This document shows positions 56,635-64,000 of a DNA stretch of 64,000 nt, piece by piece. The notes beneath the pieces are model-generated. The model worked only from the letters and a program-made list of their open reading frames with translations. It was not told where the DNA came from and ran no database searches. The number at the start of each line of letters is the position of its first letter. Within the stretch, counting starts at the first letter, position 1. A program made the translations under genes and the position numbers. The DNA lies in IMG/VR virus record IMGVR_UViG_3300025276_000031, positions 6,257-70,256 of that record; one strand, given 5' to 3'. Origin of the DNA: a virus.

Positions 56635-58620
56635 ATGTCAGGATATATAGGCACACAGCCCGTACCACAGGCCACACAGAAGCGTCAGGCTTTTACCGCG
56701 ACTAATGGTCAAACATCCTTTGCTACAAGCGGGTACAGCGTAGGCTTTGTTGATGTTTATATGAACGGCGTAAAGCTGGCGGCTGCTGATTATACAGCCA
56801 CTAACGGCTCTGATGTTGTTTTATCTTCAGGTGCTTTGGTTAACGATATTGTAGAGATTGTAGCGTTTACATCTTTTGTAGCTTCTGGCGGCTTACCAGC
56901 TACGGGTGGCACTGTCACAGGTGACATTACTTTTAACGACAGTATTAAATCTAAGTTTGGGACAGGCGCTGATTTACAGGTGTTTCATAACGGCACAGAC
57001 GCCAAGATTAATAATGATACAGGCCACCTAGACCTAAGCAATACCACTGCTGGCTCCTCAATAAGAATACTTGGCTCTGGTGAAAGTCTAGCTGAATTTT
57101 CTGATGATGGTGATGTAGACCTGTTTTTTAACGGAGCGTTAAAATTATCAACAACGAACACAGGCGTAACAGTTGCGGGTGTGTTGGCTGCTACGACCCT
57201 TACGGGTAACGGCGCAGGTATCACGGGTTTGTCAGCGGGTGGTGAGCAGACTTTTACAGCCACAGGCGCAATCACCGCTGGTCGTCCCGTAGGCTTGAAC
57301 TCAAACGGAACGATTAGTTCTCTGATTTCGCCTTTTGGCCCTGCCGGGTCTCAAAGCCCTGCGTTTGCAGCAGAATATAACAACATAGACTATAACTCAT
57401 CAAACAACACAGTTACTGGATTTGTTTCTGACACTTCTGGCGGCAGTGGTGGGTATCTGTTGCAAGTCGCATCTATTGACGCAAGTTTAAATATTACGTC
57501 TGGCACTGCGGTCAGAGTTCCCGGATCAGACAGGGGCGTTTTTACGGCGCAGAATCAAAATGCAAGAGATTTGAGTACAGGTAAATACTTGTGTATCTTC
57601 CAAGAGACAAATCCGGGTTCTAATCTGAGGGCCGCTGTTGCTACCGTCAGCGGTACAAGTGTAAGTTTTGGAGGTGAACAACAATTAGGTTCTTCAAGCG
57701 AGGGACAGGATTTCGAGCTAGTCTACAGCGGCACAGCAAACAAATTTATATCGTTTTATATATCTAGCAGTAACTACATTTATGCTCGTATTTATACTGT
57801 ATCTGGAAACAGTGTTAGCGTATCCGGTCAAATTACTGTCGTAAGCAGTAACACAGGTCGGTTTGACGTAAGGCTTGATCCCAGCACCAGCAAAATTATT
57901 TTGGCGTATTCAGACAATAATGATAGCGGTAAACTAAAGAGTAAGATTTGCTTCCTTAATGGTTCTACAGTTTCATCAGGTTCTGTAGTTACAGTAGATT
58001 CAGGTACGCTAACATCTTCACAACAAATATATTTAACTGAGGACACTAACGCAAATAAAATTGTGGTTTCTTATGTACGAAATAGTCCACAATTAAATTA
58101 CATTGCTATTGGTACGGTCAATGCTGGCAACAACACTATAACCTTCGGTACACCTAAAACGGGAGCCGAAGGTGCAAGCGCAACAGCAGTTCCATTCTTT
58201 GTGTCAACTGACAACACAATAGGTCTGTACAGCTCACAAAATAATAACTTATGCCCTATTAAAATAAGCGGAACGTCTTTTAACTATGGGGATAAAATTG
58301 CAAGTTTTGGTGCAGTTATAGTGTATGTTTCTGGTCGAAGTGGTTTTCATAGTGGCGGTACGCTTCCACAAATAAAAAAACCAGTCTTTCCAAAATATGT
58401 AGGTTTAGCCGCCGAAAATATCTCTAACGGTGCGTCTGGAAAAGTAACAATTATTGGTGGAATTAATACTGCGCAGTCTAATTTAATCGCGGGTCTGCCA
58501 TACGGCATGCCTTTTCTATCAGAATATTCAACCACACTTACTTTAACCAACAGTTTAGTCAACAAGGTTGGAAATGCCATGTCTTCTAGCGCCATCTACG
58601 TCAAAGCAGGGGAAATATAA
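56635..58620 (+). CDS. Tail fibre / receptor-binding protein 2
   Basis: MSGYIG, AT.GQT.F, VYMNGV.L...DY; shares flanking modules with fibre 1. Confidence 0.75.
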   Translation: MSGYIGTQPVPQATQKRQAFTATNGQTSFATSGYSVGFVDVYMNGVKLAAADYTATNGSDVVLSSGALVNDIVEIVAFTSFVASGGLPATGGTVTGDITFNDSIKSKFGTGADLQVFHNGTDAKINNDTGHLDLSNTTAGSSIRILGSGESLAEFSDDGDVDLFFNGALKLSTTNTGVTVAGVLAATTLTGNGAGITGLSAGGEQTFTATGAITAGRPVGLNSNGTISSLISPFGPAGSQSPAFAAEYNNIDYNSSNNTVTGFVSDTSGGSGGYLLQVASIDASLNITSGTAVRVPGSDRGVFTAQNQNARDLSTGKYLCIFQETNPGSNLRAAVATVSGTSVSFGGEQQLGSSSEGQDFELVYSGTANKFISFYISSSNYIYARIYTVSGNSVSVSGQITVVSSNTGRFDVRLDPSTSKIILAYSDNNDSGKLKSKICFLNGSTVSSGSVVTVDSGTLTSSQQIYLTEDTNANKIVVSYVRNSPQLNYIAIGTVNAGNNTITFGTPKTGAEGASATAVPFFVSTDNTIGLYSSQNNNLCPIKISGTSFNYGDKIASFGAVIVYVSGRSGFHSGGTLPQIKKPVFPKYVGLAAENISNGASGKVTIIGGINTAQSNLIAGLPYGMPFLSEYSTTLTLTNSLVNKVGNAMSSSAIYVKAGEI

Positions 58621-58883
58621 TGAAAACTTTAATAAAGGAAGGCGTATCAATTTACATTTTTGAAGATGCTGAAGTTGTAAATATTAGTAGTGACAGCATT
58701 ACCGTTGGAGACCCTTTAACACTAACAATTGCTGATTGCAGTAGTTCAGACACTGTAATGCACACAAGTGTTACACCACCTGATAATTGGGATGGGTGTA
58801 AATATTTATTTGACGGTACAACTTGGTCTGCAAATCCTAACTATGTGGCACCCCCCGCAAAAGAAGAAGAAGAATCGGAGTAA
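58620..58883 (+). CDS. Small fibre-associated protein
   Basis: 87 aa; P..W.G.KY.FDG..W..NP. Confidence 0.65.
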   Translation: MKTLIKEGVSIYIFEDAEVVNISSDSITVGDPLTLTIADCSSSDTVMHTSVTPPDNWDGCKYLFDGTTWSANPNYVAPPAKEEEESE

Positions 58884-58886
58884 GAC

Positions 58887-59996
58887 ATGACCAAAGCTAG
58901 AGACCTTGCAGGATTTGCGTCATCCTCTGTAACAACCACAGCTTCTGACGGCTTGGTTCTCAAGGGCGATGGTAGCAGCACAGACGTTGTAATCAAGAAC
59001 GGCGCTAACGCTACAGTGGCTACGGTAGCTGACGGGACTACTACTTTAGCTGCAACTGCTAACCTAACGGCTGGCGGTACTATAACAGCTACGGGCGCAT
59101 CTGTAGGCGCGTTGGCTAGAGGGGCTATACAAGTAGGCAACTCATCAGGTGTAGCGGCACCACTGACCATAGGCTCTAACACACAATTACTTCAATCTAA
59201 CGGAACGACAGCGGCGTGGGCTACGGTTAGCACAGGATTTGAAGCGATTGTTTTTCCAAGTAATTGGGCAAGCCCAACAACAACCTTCTCGTCATCAGGA
59301 ACATATAGCAAAGGCAGTTTAAGTGACGATGCCTTTGTCTGGGTGTACCTCATTGGCGGCGGCGGCGGCGGCTCTCGGTCTGACAACTCAAACATCTATG
59401 AGGGCGGCGTTGGCGGTAGAGCAATGTTAATTTACGCCAAAGCTGGAATTTTAAATGGCGGGTCATATGTGGTCGGTGCTGGCGCTGCTGGGCGTACCTC
59501 TGCGGGAACTACTCAAAGCACAAACCCAACAGCTTCCAGCTTTACGCTAACAAGCGGAAATGGCGGCAATGCGTTTGCAACGTCAGCGGGTATTAGCCCC
59601 TCATCGGCAAGCTCAGACCTTGGTCCGTTTATGAAAACTGTGTTAATATCATCCTCTGATACTCTTGCTTCTGGCCTAAGTATAACAGGAACAGAAATTA
59701 CAGGCGTTACATTTTCAGGTGTTATACCATCTGGGTTTTCAAGTTTTTTTGCAGGTGCGAACAGTCGAGGTTCTAATCCTGTTGTGTTTGGTGCAGGAAA
59801 CGGTGCGGGTAAACGTTTTAGTGCTGCAATCGGTAGTCACTCAGACGTTCCTAGATGTGATTCATTATTTGCAGGTAATGGTGGGGCATCCACATCTGGC
59901 GCGACAGGAGTTGCACCCGGCGGTGGTGGCACTGTTGGGTTTAATGCAAATGGCGGTGCTGGTGCTGCGGGTTTAGTGAGAGTGTATAATGTTTAG
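58887..59996 (+). CDS. Glycine-rich tail fibre protein 3
   Basis: Begins MTKARDLA; IGGGGGG, VGAG, PGGGG and GAAGLV gly-rich domain. Confidence 0.75.
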   Translation: MTKARDLAGFASSSVTTTASDGLVLKGDGSSTDVVIKNGANATVATVADGTTTLAATANLTAGGTITATGASVGALARGAIQVGNSSGVAAPLTIGSNTQLLQSNGTTAAWATVSTGFEAIVFPSNWASPTTTFSSSGTYSKGSLSDDAFVWVYLIGGGGGGSRSDNSNIYEGGVGGRAMLIYAKAGILNGGSYVVGAGAAGRTSAGTTQSTNPTASSFTLTSGNGGNAFATSAGISPSSASSDLGPFMKTVLISSSDTLASGLSITGTEITGVTFSGVIPSGFSSFFAGANSRGSNPVVFGAGNGAGKRFSAAIGSHSDVPRCDSLFAGNGGASTSGATGVAPGGGGTVGFNANGGAGAAGLVRVYNV

Positions 59997-60005
59997 GAGA
60001 TTGCT

Positions 60006-60287
60006 ATGACTAAAATATTTTACAACAAAACAACAGGTGACCCAGCGGTATTTGATGATGATGCCGATGTATCTGATTGGCCTGAGTTCCAGACATCTGA
60101 GCCTGACACTACCGCAATTAAAGCGGCTGCAATTAGGGAAGAACGTAACAAACTATTATCTGCGTCTGACCACATGGCACTAGCTGACCGTATTACTGAC
60201 GCTTGGAAGACGTATCGTCAGGCACTGCGTGATGTACCCGCACAATCTGGGTTTCCAGACGTAACTTGGCCCGTTGAGCCTAGCTGA
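60006..60287 (+). CDS. Tail fibre assembly chaperone
   Basis: R.ERN.LL..SD...W..YRQALRD.P.Q.GFP.V.WP. Confidence 0.85.
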   Translation: MTKIFYNKTTGDPAVFDDDADVSDWPEFQTSEPDTTAIKAAAIREERNKLLSASDHMALADRITDAWKTYRQALRDVPAQSGFPDVTWPVEPS

Positions 60288-60790
60288 TGTTAGGTTTTTC
60301 TCCCCTAGCTTCTGCCCCCTTAGCATCACTAGGCGCGGCAATAGTATTTGCAGATGCTGTAGTTGCTGATGCGGCGCTGGGTTCAGTTGTTGTTTCTGGT
60401 GCAGCAGTTGCGTTACCTTCAGGGGTGGCTGGAGATGGTGCAGTAGGTGCTGTTACTATCGTAACCGGACAAGGACTGATAGTATCCCCTAAAGGAGTAG
60501 CTGCAGATAACGCTGTAGGTACTGTAAATGTTTCGGGAGCCGCTAATGTACTGCCTTCAGGAGTAGCTGGTGATGTTGCTGTAGGCACTATAACTGTTAA
60601 TATAAATAGTAGAATTATACCTACGCCAGTAAGAGCCTTTTCACAAATAGGCGTAGTTGAAGTTAAGATAAACGCTCCCGTACCCGTAACAGGACTTGCA
60701 GCTAACGGCGCAGTAGGGCAGCTACTAACGTGGCAAGAAATTGATGACGCACAAACGCCGCCAGACCCTAACTGGCTACCTGTGAACTAG
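60287..60790 (+). CDS. Tail structural protein
   Basis: Begins MLGFSPLASAPLA; G/A/V repeats. Confidence 0.65.
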   Translation: MLGFSPLASAPLASLGAAIVFADAVVADAALGSVVVSGAAVALPSGVAGDGAVGAVTIVTGQGLIVSPKGVAADNAVGTVNVSGAANVLPSGVAGDVAVGTITVNINSRIIPTPVRAFSQIGVVEVKINAPVPVTGLAANGAVGQLLTWQEIDDAQTPPDPNWLPVN

Positions 60791-60801
60791 ATGAGGTTAC
60801 A

Positions 60802-62337
60802 ATGGCAACGCAATTTACACCGATATTAAAACTAGCCCTACCTGTTCAAGGTGAATTAACAGGGAACTGGGGTAATACAGTAAACGATAGTATAACGTCT
60901 ATGGTAGAAGAAGCCGTTGCAGGACGGTCTGTAGTAAATACATGGTCTACTAACTCAGCTACCTTATCTGTGGCAAATGGAGCCGCAGCGTCTTCTAGGT
61001 CAGCTATGTTGACTCTTACGGATACCAGTACCTCACTAACAGGTGCGGCTACAGTAATATGTCCTGCGGTTAGTAAAATGTATATTATGCAGAACCTTAC
61101 TGCACAAACAGTCACGTTAAAAACTGCTAGTGGTACAGGCATTGCGATCCCAACAACCAAATCTTCTTTGTTATTTTGTGATGGCACAAATGTAGTTGAA
61201 GCCGTGACCAACGTAACTTCGTTGTCCATTGGTGGTCGTACGTTAACTCTTGCAGGAAATCTTACTACTGCAGGAGCCAATGCGTTAACTCTGACTACCA
61301 CGGGTACAACCAATGTTACGTTTCCTACAACAGGTACATTAGCTACTATTGCGGGTACAGAAACACTTACAAACAAGACATTAACAGCACCTACAATTAA
61401 CGGTGGGTCCATATCGGGTATAACCGATTTAGCTATTGCTGACGGAGGTACAGGCGCAGGTACAGCTACTGCAGCCCTTGCCGCTTTAGGTGGTATAGGT
61501 TCTGTTGCTGCGGACACGTCTCCACAACTAGGTGGTACATTAGACTGTAACGGTAAAAATATAGAGTTTACGACACAAGAAGCTAGGTTTGGTCAGGGTA
61601 ACACGTTTGTAGTATCACATACAGGTGCGGCTACTTTGGTTAATGGTACAGGCAATTTTACCATACAAACTGATAATGACTTTGCCGTAAAATCTGCAAA
61701 CGGTGTAGAAACTATGTTAGCAGCTACTAAAGATGGTGGTGTAGTTTTACGTTTTAACAACGTAGCAAAACTTTCTACTACTTCAGGTGGCGCAACCGTT
61801 GACGGTAATCTAGGTGTTTCTGGGACTGTAGATGGCGTTGACGTAGGCGCTAATATACCGGCTAGTCTGGGCACTGCAGGGCAAGTTCTAACAATCAATG
61901 CAGGGGCTACTGCAGGAGCATGGGCAGACGCAACCTATAAAGGATTGGTAAAATTAGGTATTGCTACTAGTAGTAACTCACTTACAAATCTTACAACTAA
62001 TGGTAGCACTCCCAGCACAAGCAATCAAATTCTACTTCCTGTAAGTACGGCTATGAGTATAACCGGAACTATAGTCATGCGTCAGCAAGTAGGCGGTGGC
62101 ACTAATGTTAGTGCATGGGAAGTCAAAGCCTTGATTCGTAGAGAAGCTAGCGGAGTCTGTGTAATTGTTTCTCAAGGAATCTCTCCAATATCCAACGCAG
62201 GTAGTTACACAAACCCTGTGTTGTTAGCTGCAGGGAACTCTGCGGCAGGAGTATTACAAGTACAAGTTACAGGGAAGTCAGGGCAAAATCTACAATGGAA
62301 CGCTGCATTAACTACTGATAATGCAGTATACGCATAA
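60802..62337 (+). CDS. Tail fibre protein 4
   Basis: GE..G.WG..VN, DGTNV, TETLTNKTLT.P, DGGTGA, DTSPQLGG.LD. Confidence 0.75.
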   Translation: MATQFTPILKLALPVQGELTGNWGNTVNDSITSMVEEAVAGRSVVNTWSTNSATLSVANGAAASSRSAMLTLTDTSTSLTGAATVICPAVSKMYIMQNLTAQTVTLKTASGTGIAIPTTKSSLLFCDGTNVVEAVTNVTSLSIGGRTLTLAGNLTTAGANALTLTTTGTTNVTFPTTGTLATIAGTETLTNKTLTAPTINGGSISGITDLAIADGGTGAGTATAALAALGGIGSVAADTSPQLGGTLDCNGKNIEFTTQEARFGQGNTFVVSHTGAATLVNGTGNFTIQTDNDFAVKSANGVETMLAATKDGGVVLRFNNVAKLSTTSGGATVDGNLGVSGTVDGVDVGANIPASLGTAGQVLTINAGATAGAWADATYKGLVKLGIATSSNSLTNLTTNGSTPSTSNQILLPVSTAMSITGTIVMRQQVGGGTNVSAWEVKALIRREASGVCVIVSQGISPISNAGSYTNPVLLAAGNSAAGVLQVQVTGKSGQNLQWNAALTTDNAVYA

Positions 62338-62348
62338 GGTTTACGAGT

Positions 62349-62522
62349 ATGGATTTAGAAGATCGTGTAGGCGCACTGGAGCGAGATATGACAGCTATAC
62401 AAACAGAGGTTAGAATACAATTTAAAGAAGTATTTACCCGCGTCAAACGGCTTGAAACAGTGCTTATAGCAACGTCTGGTGCAACTATTATTATGCTCCT
62501 AACTATACTTAGTCGTATGTAG
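62349..62522 (+). CDS. 57-aa coiled-coil + C-terminal TM protein (XhlA/holin-like)
   Basis: Translated by hand: MDLEDRVGALERD...VLIATSGATIIMLLTILSRM. Confidence 0.6.
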   Translation: MDLEDRVGALERDMTAIQTEVRIQFKEVFTRVKRLETVLIATSGATIIMLLTILSRM

Positions 62523-62524
62523 TT

Positions 62525-63001
62525 ATGATTGATCCTATCACTGCGTTTGCTGCTGCTAATGCTGCCTTTAAGGGCGTTAAGATGCTGGTCGGTGCGGGGC
62601 GTGAGATAGAAGACGTAAGCAAACAACTCGGTGCATGGTATAGTGCAGTCGCAGATATATCTAAGGCTGAGTCACAACGTAAGAAGCCTACGTTCTTAGA
62701 GAAACAATCTCATTCTGGTGACATAGAGCAAGAGGCTATGGACATTGTTGTCCGTAAGAAGACTCTGTTAGAGCGAGAAAAAGAGATTAAGTTTATGCTT
62801 AATATGAGGTTTGGCCCGTCAACCTATGATGAAATGTTAGGTATGCGTAGGCAAATACGTAAAGAAAGAGAAGATACGGTGTACGCAGCTATGGAAGCAA
62901 AAAGACAAATGGCAAATAATGCGGCTATTGGTGGCCTGTCTTTAGGTATTCTTAGTGTGTTAGGTGGTGGCCTATATTTAATAGTATTGGCTACACAGTG
63001 A
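62525..63001 (+). CDS. Membrane-anchored hypothetical protein
   Basis: Begins MIDPIT; C-terminal TM helix. Confidence 0.7.
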   Translation: MIDPITAFAAANAAFKGVKMLVGAGREIEDVSKQLGAWYSAVADISKAESQRKKPTFLEKQSHSGDIEQEAMDIVVRKKTLLEREKEIKFMLNMRFGPSTYDEMLGMRRQIRKEREDTVYAAMEAKRQMANNAAIGGLSLGILSVLGGGLYLIVLATQ

Positions 63002-63264
63002 TAAATGCGCTAATACTATCAATAACACTTGCGGGAGTTGCTAACCCAACTCATGTGAAGTGTCACCTATGGAAGAGGTTTACAGACGTAAATGACCAAA
63101 AGGTATGTGTGTATAGATTTAGTGCGGGTTTTGGTGGGTTGGGATATCATTACCCCACGCGCAGTTTTTCAGAGTGTCCAAAAGTCTTTAGTTGCGTCTA
63201 TGAAAAAAAGGATAAACGGCCTAGTTTGTCCGAAATATTAGATGGCCTTAAAGGAGGTTTCTGA
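62998..63264 (+). CDS. Exported Cys-containing small protein
   Basis: Signal-like N-terminus; 4 Cys. Confidence 0.6.
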   Translation: MINALILSITLAGVANPTHVKCHLWKRFTDVNDQKVCVYRFSAGFGGLGYHYPTRSFSECPKVFSCVYEKKDKRPSLSEILDGLKGGF

Positions 63265-63464
63265 TGAATATAGCATTTGCTAGGGTACTAGAGTATAAGC
63301 TGTTACCCCGTTTTATGATGTTTACTATGACAGTGGTATATGTTCGCTGCATAGAGTGGGCGTTATCTATGCCTGATTTGTCTACACAACAGGCCAGTTT
63401 AATTTCTGTTGTAACGGGAGCCATGACGGGCGCATTCGCCGTTTGGTTGAGTCACGAAAAATGA
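63264..63464 (+). CDS. Two-TM holin-like protein
   Basis: LPR.MM...W...Q...SVV.GAMTGAFAVW. Confidence 0.65.
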   Translation: MNIAFARVLEYKLLPRFMMFTMTVVYVRCIEWALSMPDLSTQQASLISVVTGAMTGAFAVWLSHEK

Positions 63465-63814
63465 TAACACAACTTATAAGCAGTCTTACAGGTTTAGCTA
63501 CTTCGGTAATAGACGGTAAGACACAGATCAAACTAACCGAAGCAGAGGTGCGTAAAAAGCAACTTACAGGTGAGATTGATTGGGATATTGCAGCTATAAA
63601 GGGCGCTGATAATTCTTGGAAGGATGAATGGATTACCTTACTTTTTAGTATTCCACTAATATTAGCCTTCTGCGGAGATTGGGGAAATGACATAGTTGCT
63701 AAGGGCTTTATGGCTTTGGAAGTTATGCCTCAGTGGTATCAAATTGCATTAGGTGGGATTGTTAGTGCTAGTATAGGTATGCGGTCTGTAAGCAAGTTTT
63801 TTGGAAAGAAGTAG
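63461..63814 (+). CDS. Holin (3TM type)
   Basis: SWKDEW, F.AL..MP.WY, A..G.R; directly before the endolysin. Confidence 0.7.
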   Translation: MITQLISSLTGLATSVIDGKTQIKLTEAEVRKKQLTGEIDWDIAAIKGADNSWKDEWITLLFSIPLILAFCGDWGNDIVAKGFMALEVMPQWYQIALGGIVSASIGMRSVSKFFGKK

Positions 63815-63816
63815 GT

Positions 63817-64000
63817 ATGGGATACAAGTTAGGAAAACGCAGCCTGTCAAGGCTAGAAAGTGTAAACGAAAGTCTGGTAACTGTCGTGAAGTACGCCATA
63901 GGTGTAACCAAGCAAGACTTCAGCGTGATATGCGGCATGAGGACATTTTCAGAACAACAGGAGTTGGTCAGGAAAGGTGCATCTCAAACCATGAAATCAA
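63817..64000 (+). CDS. Endolysin 5' part (MGYKLGKRSLSRLESVNESLV...), runs off the window and continues at position 161
   Basis: ATG at 63817 is in frame with the duplicated terminal segment. Confidence 0.85.
   Translation, partial: MGYKLGKRSLSRLESVNESLVTVVKYAIGVTKQDFSVICGMRTFSEQQELVRKGASQTMKS
63841..64000. repeat. Terminal direct repeat (right copy)
   Basis: Matches 1-160 (7 mismatches in the first 33 nt, then identical). Confidence 0.95.

Noticed and set aside
54874-59996. Diversity-generating retroelement TR/VR pairs in tail fibres (also considered for the endolysin ends)
   Set aside because: No reverse transcriptase in the genome; differences between copies are mostly synonymous or not adenine-specific, and both copies are coding.
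60846-61517. Long antisense ORFs (e.g. 60846-61517, 13740-14294, 18483-19025, 25543-26064)
   Set aside because: Shadows of well-supported genes on the opposite strand, without RBS or protein-like motifs.

Overview
The window is essentially one complete, circularly permuted tailed-phage genome of about 63.84 kb: positions 1-160 recur at 63841-64000, inside the endolysin gene. It looks like a podovirus-style lytic phage, probably of a marine alphaproteobacterium (inference). I found no integrase, RNA polymerase, tRNA, cas operon or reverse transcriptase. The genome has two divergent arms. The minus-strand early/replication arm (40317->19688) carries a DUF3150-like protein, a MoxR AAA+/vWA pair, VRR-NUC, family A DNA polymerase, a PD-(D/E)XK exonuclease, an SNF2 helicase, SSB and a primase-DUF927 helicase. 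The plus-strand late arm (40691->63840->19617) carries terminase, portal, GroES, scaffold, capsid, adaptors, tail fibres, lysis genes, nozzle and internal/ejected proteins, including a 2518-aa polyvalent protein. Most notable unexplained structures: (1) an 18-bp palindrome TTCGGGCA-NN-TGCCCGAA in 12 copies, confined to the early arm and mostly at gene junctions, three of them inside 44-bp composite repeats next to an iteron/IHF origin-like locus; (2) an out-of-frame gene with its own RBS nested in the giant polyvalent gene directly ahead of its ADP-ribosyltransferase-like domain; (3) a structured, possibly pseudoknotted intergenic RNA candidate; (4) a recurring [MFY]-x-x-G-G peptide motif in internal and basic virion proteins. 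All family names come from motif recognition by eye, not from database searches.
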